Below are positions 63,325-64,000 of a DNA stretch of 64,000 bases, one piece after another (position 1 is the first letter of the stretch; the number at the start of each line of letters is the position of its first letter). This DNA is from Chiloscyllium plagiosum (lineage: Eukaryota). A program made the position numbers and the translations under genes. The stretch covers positions 14,010,364 through 14,074,363 of the forward strand of contig NC_057719.1 in NCBI RefSeq assembly GCF_004010195.1, written 5' to 3'. The notes below the pieces were generated by a model. The model did no database searches, had not been told where the DNA came from, and saw nothing but the letters and a program-made list of their open reading frames with translations.

Positions 63325-63590
63325 ATTCATTCACAGGTTATGGGCATTGCTGGCTAGGCCAACATTCATTGCCTATCTCTAATTGCACAGAGGGCAATAG
63401 TCAACCACATTGGTCTGGAGTCACGTGTAGGCCAGACCAGCAAGGATGGCTGATATCCTTCCTAAAAGGACATTAGTGGGCCAGATGGGTTTGTCTGACA
63501 ATTGAGAATGGTTTAATGATCATCATTTGATTCTTAATTTCAAATTCAAATTTCACCATCTGTTGTGGTGAGATTTGGACCCGGAGAGTG
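63325..63590 (-). mobile_element. Old tRNA-derived shark SINE (non-HE1)
   Basis: ggtctggagtcacgtgtaggccagacc...aaattcaaatttcaccatctg; homologous to 41735-42080. Confidence 0.78.
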
Positions 63591-63633
63591 GTGTAGAATA
63601 TCTTTTGTTTGGAACAATGTGAACATATAACGT

Positions 63634-63763
63634 TGTGGAGATGCCAGTGTTGGGCTGGGGTGGGCAAAATCAAAAGCACTCCCCCTGACAAAAGAACAGC
63701 ATTCTGAAAGCTTGTGATTTCAAATAAACCTGTTGGATTGTAACCTGGTGTCGTGTGACTTCT
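63634..63763. mobile_element. Older family-A-related PLE remnant with inverted terminal piece
   Basis: tggagatgccagtgttgg (inverted 3' end) followed by cctgacaa...tgaaagctt...aaataaacctgttgg. Confidence 0.68.
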
Positions 63764-63767
63764 GAAC

Positions 63768-64000
63768 AGATAGAACATAAAACATAGAACAGTACAGCAC
63801 AGCACTTTCGGCCCATGATGTTGTGCTGAGCATTTGTCTTAACCTAAGATCAACCTAACCTACACATCCTTCAATTTACTGCCGTTCCATGTGCTTGTCC
63901 AGCAGCTGCTTATATGTCCCTTGTGTCTCTGACTCTACTATCACCGCTGACAGTGCATTCCGCACACTCACCACTCTCTGTGTAAAGTACTTACTTCTGT
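63768..64000 (-). mobile_element. CR1 3' end running off the window
   Basis: (atagaac)-type tail, then reverse complement of acacagagagtggtgagtgtgcggaatgcactg. Confidence 0.8.

Overview
This is repeat-dense vertebrate DNA from an elasmobranch, inferred from the HE1 V-SINEs and HER1/CR1 LINEs; a bamboo/carpet shark is plausible but unverified. I could not recognise any host protein-coding gene, so the window looks intronic or intergenic, and the long ORFs are transposon-derived. It contains many CR1/HER1, L2/CR1-group, Rex1/Babar and RTE LINE fragments, HE1 and other tRNA-derived SINEs, solo LTRs and a pogo/Tigger-type MITE. It also holds a decayed Gmr1-like Gypsy element with integrase before RT (~43060-51199) and Neptune-type Penelope-like elements (PLEs; 34069-36717, 28113-28780, 58693-59319). 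The most notable signal is about 19 minimal type-I hammerhead ribozyme motifs in three sequence families. They sit mostly in 100-210 bp PLE-derived insertions flanked by 9-14 bp target-site duplications, and two families have their coding parent PLE in the window. They include a U3-A8 compensated core variant, fold-back dimers and an inter-family chimera. Three short locally templated insertions are also visible. Boundaries of old repeats are approximate (tens of bp); TSD, LTR-end and motif coordinates were read by eye.
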